Shown here piece by piece: positions 10,178 to 19,452 of a stretch of DNA of 64,000 nucleotides (the first letter of the stretch is position 1; the number at the start of each line of letters is the position of its first letter). Origin of the DNA: Candidatus Parcubacteria bacterium (lineage in GTDB: Bacteria; Patescibacteriota; Saccharimonadia; UBA4664; JAHWKN01). The translations under genes and the position numbers were made by a program. The DNA lies in assembly GCA_019347875.1 (NCBI GenBank), contig JAHWKN010000001.1, forward strand, positions 6,801 through 70,800, written 5' to 3'. The notes under the pieces were generated by a model. That model made no database searches and was not told where the DNA came from. It was given only the letters and a program-made list of their open reading frames with translations.

Positions 10178-11173
10178 ATGGCTCAAGCTCAAAAACGCGC
10201 GCTCATCACCGGCATCACCGGCCAGGACGGCACCTATCTGGCCGAGCTGCTGCTTAGCAAAAACTACCAAGTCTACGGACTAATCCGCGGACAAAACAAC
10301 CCCAAGCGGGCGATGGTCGAGCAGCTTTTGCCGGCGGTTGAGCTGGTCGAGGGCGACCTGTCGGACATGGGCTCGTTGGTGGCGGCGCTGGAGTACTGCC
10401 AGCCCGACGAGGTGTACAACCTGGGGGCGATCAGCTTTGTAGCGCTGTCGTTTAAGCAGCCCGAACTAACAGGCGACATCACCGGTCTGGGGGCGCTGCG
10501 GCTGCTTGAGGCCATTCGTATAATTGACGGCGGCAAAGGGAAGATGCGCTTTTATCAGGCTTCTACCAGCGAGCTGTACGGCAAGGTACGCGAAACGCCC
10601 CAAAATGAGTTAACGCCTTTCCACCCCCGCAGCCCCTACGGAGTGGCCAAGGCTTATGCGCACTATATGACCGTTAACTACCGCGAAAGCTATGGCATAC
10701 ACGCCTCTTGCGGCATACTGTTCAACCATGAATCGCCGCGGCGGGGTCACGAATTCGTTACCCGCAAGGTTACCAGCATGGTAGCCCGGATAAAGCTGGG
10801 TCTCCAGAAGGAGATTCCGTTGGGCAATCTGGATTCCAAGCGCGACTGGGGCTTTGCCGGCGACTACGTTAAAGGGATGTGGTTGATGCTGCAGCAGGAT
10901 GAACCCGACGATTACGTCTTGGCAACCGGCGAAACTCACTCTATTAAAGAGCTGCTGGACGTAGCCTTTAAAGAGGTGGGCATTGAGGACTGGTCTGAGT
11001 CTGTCAAGCAGGACCCCCGTTTTATGCGACCGGCCGAGGTCGACCTGTTAATCGGCGACCCCACAAAGGCCAAAAAAGTACTCGGCTGGCAATCGGAAAC
11101 CAGCTTTGAAGAGCTAATAAAAATGATGGTTAAAGGCGACCTGGAGCTAGAAAGCCAAAAGCTAGCTAAGTAG
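10178..11173 (+). CDS. gmd: GDP-mannose 4,6-dehydratase
   Basis: [46 protein letters not shown]. Confidence 0.97.
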   Translation: MAQAQKRALITGITGQDGTYLAELLLSKNYQVYGLIRGQNNPKRAMVEQLLPAVELVEGDLSDMGSLVAALEYCQPDEVYNLGAISFVALSFKQPELTGDITGLGALRLLEAIRIIDGGKGKMRFYQASTSELYGKVRETPQNELTPFHPRSPYGVAKAYAHYMTVNYRESYGIHASCGILFNHESPRRGHEFVTRKVTSMVARIKLGLQKEIPLGNLDSKRDWGFAGDYVKGMWLMLQQDEPDDYVLATGETHSIKELLDVAFKEVGIEDWSESVKQDPRFMRPAEVDLLIGDPTKAKKVLGWQSETSFEELIKMMVKGDLELESQKLAK

Positions 11174-12094
11174 CTAAGCCCTCAGGCGCCAATCGTCCAG
11201 CACGTCCCGCAGCGTTTGCTCTAGCGGAATAACAGGCTGCCAGCCCGTAGCCTGATGAATTTTGGTAGCGTCACCATACAAGTCCGGAATGTCGGACGGC
11301 CGCATTTTAGCCGGATCCGGCTCGGCTTTAATTGGTTTAGATGAAAGCGACAGCAGCTGGTTTAAGATCTGCTGGCCGGGTACCGACCGACCGCTGCAAA
11401 CGTTGTAAACCTCTCCCGGCACACCTTTCTCGGCCAGTAAGCTGTAGGCTCTGACAATATCCCGGACATCGGTAAAATCCCGCTTTGAGCTAAGATTTCC
11501 AACCTTCAGGGGGGTTGGCGCATCGTGTTTTTCCAGCTCGGCAATCTGCTTGGCCAGATCAGACACCAAGAATCCTGGCTGCTGGCCCGGACCGATGTGG
11601 TTAAAGGGGCGAGCGATTATCGAGTTAAAACCTCGTTTGGCATACATTTTCGCCAGATTCTCCTGGCCCACTTTGGCCACAGTATAAGGGCTGTTGAAGT
11701 CTAGCGAGGAAGTTTCACTCAGCGGCAACTCTTTAGGGCCGGCCTTGCCATAGATCTGCCCGCTGCTGATAATTATGAATTTGGGGGGGATGTTTAGTTG
11801 TAGGCAAGCTTCGTAGAGGTTGATCTCCATGGCCAAGGTTTCATTGATGGCCGCAACCGGCTGCTTAAACGAGAGGGCAGGCGAAGAGAAGGCGGCCAAG
11901 TGGTAAATCACACCAGGCCTTACTTGGTCCAGAACGCTCCTTAGTCGTTCAAAATTCATCAAATCAACGGTCACAAACCCTTCGGTTTCGCGGCTACTCT
12001 TGGTTGTACCATAGACTTCCTGGCTCTCTGAACGCAGATGTTCTAGCAAGTGCTTGCCAACGAAACCCGCCGCGCCGGTTACTAGAGTTTTCAT
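11174..12094 (-). CDS. rmd: GDP-4-keto-6-deoxy-D-mannose reductase (Rmd-like; GDP-D-rhamnose)
   Basis: GAAGFVG, SPYxxAK, RPFNHIGPGQ, VGNL..RDFTDVRDIVRAY, typical of the Rmd subfamily of extended SDRs. Confidence 0.72.
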   Translation of the reverse strand: MKTLVTGAAGFVGKHLLEHLRSESQEVYGTTKSSRETEGFVTVDLMNFERLRSVLDQVRPGVIYHLAAFSSPALSFKQPVAAINETLAMEINLYEACLQLNIPPKFIIISSGQIYGKAGPKELPLSETSSLDFNSPYTVAKVGQENLAKMYAKRGFNSIIARPFNHIGPGQQPGFLVSDLAKQIAELEKHDAPTPLKVGNLSSKRDFTDVRDIVRAYSLLAEKGVPGEVYNVCSGRSVPGQQILNQLLSLSSKPIKAEPDPAKMRPSDIPDLYGDATKIHQATGWQPVIPLEQTLRDVLDDWRLRA

Positions 12095-13239
12095 GTTTGG
12101 TGTACCTTCTCTAACACCTTAAGTAGCTTCCGGGCGCTGCCCTCCCAGGTAAACTTCTTGGCCTGCTCAAGCCCTTTGCGCCGCATTCCTACCGCCAGCT
12201 TGGGGTGGGTTAGCACCCGCTCCATCGCAGCAGTGATAGCCTTGGTGTCCTCGGCTTTTATCATAATTCCGGCGTCGCCCACCACTTCGGGCAGCGAGGA
12301 GTTGTCGCTGGTAATAACCGGTACGCCGCAGGCCATGGCCTCCAGCGGCGGCATCCCGAAGCCTTCGTAGAAAGAGGGATAAACAAAGACGGAGGCGCCG
12401 CTGTAGAGGGCCGGCAGATCCTCATCCGGCACGTAGCCCGTCAAGAAGATATTAAGGTCTTCAAGCTCCTTTAATCGGCGCAGGATCTCCCTATCCATCC
12501 ACCCCTTGCCGCCAGCTAAAACCAGAGCATACCCCTCCTGAAGCAATTTTGGCAGAGCGGCATAAGCGTTCAATAGGCCTACGATATTTTTCCGTGGCTC
12601 CAGTGTACCGGTGTACAAAACATACTTATCGCTAAGACCGAATTTGTTTTTAATAGCACCAATCTCGTCCCGAGAGCGAGGGTTGTAGATGCCATGATCA
12701 ACGGCTGGGTTGATGATAGTAATACGCTTGGGGCTGACGGCATAATGTTCAACAAGCTCTTGCTGTGAGTTTTGTGATATGGTGACAATGTGATCAGCTT
12801 TTTTGATTGAACGCGGCACAAAACGGCTCAAATACCACTGGTTCTTCTGGTCGCTGTGCTTGGCCTGGAAGATAAAGGATAGGTCGTAAATAACAATGAT
12901 TGATTTTTCTTTTAATGCCAACGGATAACGTACGAAGTGAGGGAAAAAGAAGATATCTGGACGGCTGCGCAGCAACAGATCCACGGGAGGCGCCAGCCGC
13001 TTTTTGTGGAGACGGCTGTAAACCCGGCCAGGTAAAAAGCGAATAAAGCGGTAACTTAGGTTGGGCCTGGTACCTAAAGGCGGCGAAGGAATCTTTTTAC
13101 CAAAGAACAAGAAGCCAAAAATCGTGTATTGGTTCGACTGGTCGATTTGCAGCAAGGCCTCAGTGAGCCGTTTGGTGTATTGGTAGACGCCGGATTTAAG
13201 GCTTCCAAAAAGGACATTACCTGCAATGCAGACTTTCAC
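12091..13239 (-). CDS. Glycosyltransferase family 4
   Basis: GTLEPRKN, YPSFYEGFGMPPLEAMACG. Confidence 0.93.
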   Translation of the reverse strand: MKVCIAGNVLFGSLKSGVYQYTKRLTEALLQIDQSNQYTIFGFLFFGKKIPSPPLGTRPNLSYRFIRFLPGRVYSRLHKKRLAPPVDLLLRSRPDIFFFPHFVRYPLALKEKSIIVIYDLSFIFQAKHSDQKNQWYLSRFVPRSIKKADHIVTISQNSQQELVEHYAVSPKRITIINPAVDHGIYNPRSRDEIGAIKNKFGLSDKYVLYTGTLEPRKNIVGLLNAYAALPKLLQEGYALVLAGGKGWMDREILRRLKELEDLNIFLTGYVPDEDLPALYSGASVFVYPSFYEGFGMPPLEAMACGVPVITSDNSSLPEVVGDAGIMIKAEDTKAITAAMERVLTHPKLAVGMRRKGLEQAKKFTWEGSARKLLKVLEKVHQT

Positions 13240-13291
13240 TGTCCTTTCCCATGGTGGTAAACCGCGTTTTTGGTGAAAGGCTTCAAAGTTA

Positions 13292-14185
13292 TCATGCCTT
13301 GCCGACCGTCATTTTAAGCCTATGTTTTAAAAAGGGCAGGAAGTGAGCACGGAAAAATACAGCGTAAAACTTTAAAAATGCCTTTAGATAACCTTTTCCC
13401 CAGTATCTTTTGTAAAATTTATATCTGATTATGATATTAAACTGCGAGCGGATAGAGAAAAGGGCTTTGGTGAAAAAGCCGAAAGTAAGGTTCTTCATTT
13501 CTCTGGACACCCAAGAGGAGTCAACATCGGCATATACTTTGCTTGCCGGGTCAACTATCAACCGGTACCCATTCGATTTCGCACGTAGCGAGAAGTCGCT
13601 ATCGCCAAAGTACTGGGGAAAGTTTTTGGCATCAAAAAGACCAGTAGTACTGAAAGCCTTAATGGGTATTAGCATCCCCATGCCGGTTAGCATATCCACC
13701 TCCTGTCTTTCTGTAAAATCTTCATCCTCCCCGTCTATCAAGACAATGTCCGCCAGGTCGCTATCCAGCTTAGCCCCAAAGTACCACACCTTTGAGGGGT
13801 CATCTCGGTAGTAAATTTTGGCACCGATTATGGCCTTTGGCGTGGCCGCTGACGCCTCAACTAACCCGCGCAGTATAGCGGAATCAAGAATGACATCGTT
13901 ATTCATCGTTAGAACATAATCGGCCTCTTTAGCTATGGCTGCTTTAATGCCTAAATTGGTCGCTCCAGACCACCAAAGACCGCCATCGCCCTGGAGTACT
14001 TCTACATCGGGGAAGGAGGACTTAATAACCGAGCTTGAACCATCGGTTGAGCCGTCATCGACTATGATCAGGCCGTAATTGGGGTAATCTATATGTTGCA
14101 CCGACTCGATATATTTAGTGGTATGGCTTATGCCGTTGTGTATTGGCGTGATGATGAAAACTTTCGGGGAAGCGTGTTTAGGCAT
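13292..14185 (-). CDS. Glycosyltransferase family 2
   Basis: IVDDGSTDGS, LWWSGATNLG, MNND, YFGDSDFSLRA. Confidence 0.92.
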   Translation of the reverse strand: MPKHASPKVFIITPIHNGISHTTKYIESVQHIDYPNYGLIIVDDGSTDGSSSVIKSSFPDVEVLQGDGGLWWSGATNLGIKAAIAKEADYVLTMNNDVILDSAILRGLVEASAATPKAIIGAKIYYRDDPSKVWYFGAKLDSDLADIVLIDGEDEDFTERQEVDMLTGMGMLIPIKAFSTTGLFDAKNFPQYFGDSDFSLRAKSNGYRLIVDPASKVYADVDSSWVSREMKNLTFGFFTKALFSIRSQFNIIIRYKFYKRYWGKGYLKAFLKFYAVFFRAHFLPFLKHRLKMTVGKA

Positions 14186-15413
14186 CTTCTTTTGCGGCTC
14201 CCTGAAACACTTTCAGCATGTTTTCAGAATACTTCGACCAGCTGATGTTATGTTTAACAAATTCGTAAGCCGCCAGGGCTAGACGCTGTCGCAGCTCTGG
14301 GTCGACTAGTAGGGTTTTAACAGTTGCCGCTAACTTTTCTGGCTTGAGTGGCTCTATCAATAAGGCGGTCTTACCCTCCTCGAGCACCTCGTGAGCCCCG
14401 GCTGTTTTAGACACTATTACCGGCGTTCCTGAGGCAATTGCTTCGAAGACCGCCAGCCCCCATGTTTGATTGTGATTTGGAAAAACAAAAACATCACTGT
14501 TGCGGTAGTGCTCTCGCAGATCAGCTTCTGATAGCCTACCCAAAAATAAAACTTGCTTTTCCAGGCCCAACGCCTTAACTCGGTCAGTCAACATCTGTCC
14601 GTATTCTGGGTCAAACTGAGCGCTGCCCGCAATGTTGAGCTGAACTTTTAGCCCCTCTTTTGCCAACAGGCTGACGCCGTCAATAGCGTCTTCAAACCGG
14701 CGCCAGCGGAAGAAAATACCAGCCGCCATGACGGTAAATGTCTTGTTGGTCTTCTCGAATTTGGGCTGGAAGCTGGAGGTATCCAAGCCGCTGCGGATAA
14801 CGATAGATTGGTGTTTCATATGGGTATTAAGCAAAGCCCGGTTCCTGTTATCCAGCACAACCGTGCGATCAAAGGCTTTTATCAGTCCCTGCACTCGTCG
14901 CTCCTCAGCCCAAAAAAGGGCATGTAGCGCCCAGGCAGATAAGGCGCCTAGAAGTGATTTGGGCTTAAGGGGGTAGTTGCGGTAGTGTTCGCGGGTTTTT
15001 AAGATTGGTACATCATTGCACATCCATATCGCCTTTGCGGAGGGGAACCGCTGTTTGTATCTGTTTGCTACTTTTTCCATGTGGAGGTCGTGGAAGTTAA
15101 CGACGTCGTATCCGCCGTCTACCGCTTCGGCAAGCCTGCAGGCCCTTTTATCGTCCCGATGGAAAGAGGAGTAGCCTTCAGCTAGAACAGCGGCAATTTT
15201 ATTCTGAGACCCCTCTGGGGGACGGGGTGGCGTTGAGGCGAGCTTCTTAATTACTAGCCCTTGGGTTAATTCAGGGTAACATTTTGACGAATCATAGCAG
15301 TAACACCAAATATCCACCTCATGCTGCTTGGCCAATTGGCGTGCCAGTTCGAGGGCTTGCCGTTGAGTCCCGCCACTAACGGTTAAGTCCCAGACTACTA
15401 TTGCTATCTTCAT
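14178..15413 (-). CDS. Glycosyltransferase family 4
   Basis: GGTQRQ; FVFPNHNQTWGLAVFEA (first Glu of the ExxxxxxxE motif replaced by Gln). Confidence 0.9.
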   Translation of the reverse strand: MKIAIVVWDLTVSGGTQRQALELARQLAKQHEVDIWCYCYDSSKCYPELTQGLVIKKLASTPPRPPEGSQNKIAAVLAEGYSSFHRDDKRACRLAEAVDGGYDVVNFHDLHMEKVANRYKQRFPSAKAIWMCNDVPILKTREHYRNYPLKPKSLLGALSAWALHALFWAEERRVQGLIKAFDRTVVLDNRNRALLNTHMKHQSIVIRSGLDTSSFQPKFEKTNKTFTVMAAGIFFRWRRFEDAIDGVSLLAKEGLKVQLNIAGSAQFDPEYGQMLTDRVKALGLEKQVLFLGRLSEADLREHYRNSDVFVFPNHNQTWGLAVFEAIASGTPVIVSKTAGAHEVLEEGKTALLIEPLKPEKLAATVKTLLVDPELRQRLALAAYEFVKHNISWSKYSENMLKVFQGAAKEDA

Positions 15414-15489
15414 TGATACTGCCGGCTAATTCTCATAAATTCCAAGAGGAATAGTCGGCGGAAATTTTTAAAAGCACTACGTTTTGAGT

Positions 15490-16680
15490 TCACTGCGTTT
15501 TACCACTAAAAACGTCGATAATCTCGGCTTTTTCGTCGTCGGTCAGCTCGGGGTTATTGCCGAAGTATAGGCCCTGTTCGTGTATCAGTTTAGCGTTCGA
15601 TCGGCCCAGCACCTTCCGGAAGATCCGCTCATGGCGATCAAAAAAAGGTTGTTGCGTCATATCCCCACCAACCACGGGTCGCAGCTCAATCCGGCCTTCG
15701 CACTTTTTAACCAGCTCGTCCCGAATCTCTGGAGATCGACAGACCACGGGCACTGCAAAATTCGACAATGTATCCATGTGATCGTAACGAATGGGGTAGA
15801 AGCGATCGGATTGCTGATAGATACGAGGTGCAAGCTCCAGATAATTTCGTTGACGCTGCTGTACGATTTCGTCCAGGTATTTAATCTGGATGTTGCCCAA
15901 AAAACCAGCAACTTCAGTTGGCCTCAGATTGTATCCTAGCTCATAAAAGGTATAGCGCGAGTAAAAGGCGGAGTTAATGTTGAATTTTTTACGTACTTCC
16001 GTTTGAGCCGTCAGATTGAGATTGCGGTCCCAGCCATGTGCTCTCACCAGTCGAACCATGCTGGCCAACTCCTGGTCGTCAGTGCAGATGGCCCCACCCT
16101 CGATAGTGGACATATGGTGACCGACATAAAACGAAAAGGTGCTGGCGGATCCGAAGTTGCCTAGTTTCCGTCCGCGGTACGCGCTCCCCAGCGCTTCACA
16201 GTTGTCTTCGATTAAAATAATATTTCTTTCCTGGCAAATTTTTGCAATTTCATCTATGTCATCGCAGAAGCCTAGCAAGTTGGTTAAAAACACCATTTTA
16301 ACCGGGAACTGATCAAGCATTTGGCGCAATTTTCGGCTGGAAACGTTTAAGGTATCAAGCTCCACATCTACCGGTAGGGCCTCCAGCCCAAGCTGGATCA
16401 GGGGCATAACATTGGTTGACCAAGTTAGGGCCGAAAAGGCTACGATATCACCGTTTTTCAGGCGGCCGAGATTGAGCAGGGCCTGGATAATAGCCAGATT
16501 AGCTGAACTGCCGCTGTTAAGAAAAATACTGTCATCGCAGCCCTGGTAGCCCGATAAATGGCGCTCAAACCGCTCGCATTCCTGGCCAAAACTGAGCTGA
16601 GCGGCCGATCCTATGAAGCGGGTAAGCTCTTGCTTGGTGGATTCTTCATTGTAAAAAGTCGATTTGATAAGTTTTATCAT
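15490..16680 (-). CDS. colD: PLP-dependent DegT-family enzyme, ColD-like GDP-4-keto-6-deoxymannose 3-dehydratase
   Basis: NSGSSANL, EDNCE, SFYVGHHMSTIEGG (His at the position of the catalytic Lys), RAHGWDRNL; no Fe-S Cys motif. Confidence 0.75.
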   Translation of the reverse strand: MIKLIKSTFYNEESTKQELTRFIGSAAQLSFGQECERFERHLSGYQGCDDSIFLNSGSSANLAIIQALLNLGRLKNGDIVAFSALTWSTNVMPLIQLGLEALPVDVELDTLNVSSRKLRQMLDQFPVKMVFLTNLLGFCDDIDEIAKICQERNIILIEDNCEALGSAYRGRKLGNFGSASTFSFYVGHHMSTIEGGAICTDDQELASMVRLVRAHGWDRNLNLTAQTEVRKKFNINSAFYSRYTFYELGYNLRPTEVAGFLGNIQIKYLDEIVQQRQRNYLELAPRIYQQSDRFYPIRYDHMDTLSNFAVPVVCRSPEIRDELVKKCEGRIELRPVVGGDMTQQPFFDRHERIFRKVLGRSNAKLIHEQGLYFGNNPELTDDEKAEIIDVFSGKTQ

Positions 16681-16911
16681 TGGCCGGTTTACCTAAAAGT
16701 CGTTTTTATCAAAGGCGGCGGGACGGAAGTTTATAAGACATCTCTTGCTATATCATACCTCTATTGTTCCTTTTTACTAACAGCCACCAACTTGTTTCTT
16801 TGGCCGTACTATTTGAATAAGCCAACGAGTGCCTCGCATTTTAGCAACTTTCACTTTTGTACTCGCTGTTGCCCGTGTAGCCTCGAAGCGTCTAGCTGGC
16901 TCAAGCCCTGG

Positions 16912-18420
16912 TTACGGTTTTATTCTACGCTTTATGAGAACCAGCAACTCTCTATCCTGCTTATCGCTAAGCCCGAGCAAAAGGAAACTGACTGCGCTTA
17001 CCCCGACTATTAACAGGTACACTAGTACAAACTCCTTTAGGCCGACAATGTGGCCTCTTAGGAGGTAGGCTAAGGCTAACTCGATAGCCGCCAGAATGGC
17101 TAGCTTGTATAGAGTTTTGAGGTAGAAGTGTAAGCCCCTTATCTTGAGGATTGATCTTTCTACAAAATGAATAAAAATGAATGAAGGCAAGACCGACAGT
17201 AAGAATGCGAAAGCAGCCCCATTGACGCCGAAGCTGGGGATTAGGAGGATGACCAGTAGCACATTAAGCATGCCAGATACAACCGAAAATATAGCCACAG
17301 GGCGGGGTTTGCCGGCGCCAAAGGCAATATAAGAAGGGATGGTAGTCATGGCAAGTATAGAGTATGTAGCTAGCAACAACTGCATCACTAAGGAGCTTTT
17401 TTGAGCAAATTCCAGGCCGACCCAGTGGAGCAGAAAAGGGTAAGATAACACATACATTGGCGTGACGCCTAGGACAATTAGGGTCAAGGTTAAGCGAACC
17501 GCCCGCCAATACAGTCGCTGTAGCTTATCTAGCTGTCCCGTCGCAAAAAGCTCGGAGCTAAGAGGGAAAATCACAGTTGTGATGGCGGCTATGGACCGCT
17601 GCACTTTTATGGCCAGGCCACCAGGCAGAACGTAAAAGGCTACTGCTGCAGTACCTAGGCTATAGCCTAGAATAATCTTATCTAACTCCAGTAAGATGGT
17701 TCCGGCTAACGTACTGATTGTGGCGTAACCGCCAAAAACAAAGATTTTTTTGGTGGTTTCCTTATCAAAGGTCGGAACGAGCTTAAGTTGGGGAATAAGC
17801 CTTTTATTGACTCTGGCATAAACAAATATTGCTATAAAGCTAATGCACGCACCCAGCAAAACTAAGGCGGCCACTCCGAACCCCATCATAATTAGGGCTA
17901 CAGTGAGCGCAGACGCAACCGTAGACACCAGGAGATTTATCTTGCTGGTAATGTCGAATCGCTGCAGGGACCCGGGGATGGCAGAGAAGGCCGATAAAAT
18001 CATGTTGGCTAAAAAACCAAAGGCTGCTATGTAAAAGACTACTCGAATAGTTGCCGAGTTGCCGGCGCTTACTTTGAAAAAGTCTGAGGCCCAAAAGTGT
18101 GCGAAGAGAGAGATTGCTACGGCAGCGACAAGCCCAATGATTAAATAGAAAAATAGCGCCGTAGAGAAGAGCCGGCTTAGGAGTTGATACTTTTTCTGCG
18201 CATAATACTCAGCGGTGTACTTCACTAGAGAGGGAGATATACCAAAGTCTACAAAGGCCAAAAAGCCAACAAACGACGTGACTAAGGCTAAAATCCCATA
18301 ACTTTCGGCACCTAGGGCTCTAACCACAAAAGGAGTGACGAAGAAAGACAGAAGAACCGGCCACGCAAAAGCGACGAAACTGTAAACGGAATTTCTGACC
18401 GTTTTCTTAGTAAGATCCAT
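16912..18420 (-). CDS. wzx: Wzx polysaccharide flippase
   Basis: About 14 TM segments; LGAESYG, DFGISPSLVKY, DKIILG...VAFY, FGVNGAA. Confidence 0.9.
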   Translation of the reverse strand: MDLTKKTVRNSVYSFVAFAWPVLLSFFVTPFVVRALGAESYGILALVTSFVGFLAFVDFGISPSLVKYTAEYYAQKKYQLLSRLFSTALFFYLIIGLVAAVAISLFAHFWASDFFKVSAGNSATIRVVFYIAAFGFLANMILSAFSAIPGSLQRFDITSKINLLVSTVASALTVALIMMGFGVAALVLLGACISFIAIFVYARVNKRLIPQLKLVPTFDKETTKKIFVFGGYATISTLAGTILLELDKIILGYSLGTAAVAFYVLPGGLAIKVQRSIAAITTVIFPLSSELFATGQLDKLQRLYWRAVRLTLTLIVLGVTPMYVLSYPFLLHWVGLEFAQKSSLVMQLLLATYSILAMTTIPSYIAFGAGKPRPVAIFSVVSGMLNVLLVILLIPSFGVNGAAFAFLLSVLPSFIFIHFVERSILKIRGLHFYLKTLYKLAILAAIELALAYLLRGHIVGLKEFVLVYLLIVGVSAVSFLLLGLSDKQDRELLVLIKRRIKP

Positions 18421-18428
18421 GGCGGTTG

Positions 18429-19376
18429 TTATTGAGGCTGATGTTGTCGATGAGCCAAGTACCAGTCAATAGTTTTGCGTAGTCCCTCATCGAAGGTAAC
18501 TCTCGATTTAAAACCAAACTCGCCCTCAGCTTTCGATGTATCCAATTTCCGGCGCGGTTGACCGTTGGGCTTACTCGTGTCCCAGACTATTCTACCTTTG
18601 AAGCCGGTTGCTCTGGCGATAAGGTTAACCAAGTCTTTAATGGAAATCTCGAAAGCGGAACCCAAGTTAATCGGCTCGCTGTTGTTGTACTTTTCTGCTG
18701 CCAAAATAATACCTTCGGCGGCGTCCTCAACATACAAAAACTCTCGGGTAGCGGAACCGTCGCCCCAAACTACAACTTCTGCATCGTCGTTTTCCCCCGC
18801 GTCAACGCATTTTTTTATCAGTGCCGGGATCACATGTGAAGTTTCGGGGTGGAAATTGTCTCCGGGGCCGTACATGTTAACAGGTAGCAGGAAGATAGAG
18901 TTGTAGCCGTACTCTGCTCTGTAGCCTTGCGACTGTACCAGCATCATTTTCTTGGCTAATCCATATGGAGCATTGGTTTCTTCTGGGTACCCATTCCAGA
19001 GATCCTCCTCCTTGAAGGGGACCGGAGTATGTTTTGGGTAAGCACAAACCGTACCAAGGGCGACAAACTTCGGAATCTTATTGAGATAGGCTTGGTGGAG
19101 TAGCTGCACGCCCATCATTAGGTTGTCGTAAAAAAAAGATCCGGGGTGTTCTCGGTTAGCCCCAATCCCACCGACTTTAGCGGCTAAATGGATAACCATT
19201 TGGCAGGGGTTCTCCGCATACATCTTTTTAATTTGCGTGAGCTCAACTAAATCGTAGTCCGCGTGAGTGGGCGCCGTTACGTCGGCTCCTTTCGCCTTCA
19301 GCTTGGCGACTAGATGAGAGCCGAGAAAGCCATTGCCGCCGGTAACCAAGACCCTCTTGTCCCGCCAAAAGTCCAT
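18429..19376 (-). CDS. fcl: GDP-L-fucose synthase (Fcl) / GDP-colitose synthase (ColC)-like
   Basis: [54 protein letters not shown]. Confidence 0.9.
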   Translation of the reverse strand: MDFWRDKRVLVTGGNGFLGSHLVAKLKAKGADVTAPTHADYDLVELTQIKKMYAENPCQMVIHLAAKVGGIGANREHPGSFFYDNLMMGVQLLHQAYLNKIPKFVALGTVCAYPKHTPVPFKEEDLWNGYPEETNAPYGLAKKMMLVQSQGYRAEYGYNSIFLLPVNMYGPGDNFHPETSHVIPALIKKCVDAGENDDAEVVVWGDGSATREFLYVEDAAEGIILAAEKYNNSEPINLGSAFEISIKDLVNLIARATGFKGRIVWDTSKPNGQPRRKLDTSKAEGEFGFKSRVTFDEGLRKTIDWYLAHRQHQPQ

Positions 19377-19452
19377 TCTCGCCTCGTTTTACTCATATAA
19401 GGATAACAGATTCGAGCAGGGCTGTTAACATTCCTGCTCTGCAGCATGAAAT

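Noticed and set aside
15490-16680. Perosamine synthase or ordinary sugar aminotransferase
   Set aside because: The catalytic Lys position is His (GHHMST).
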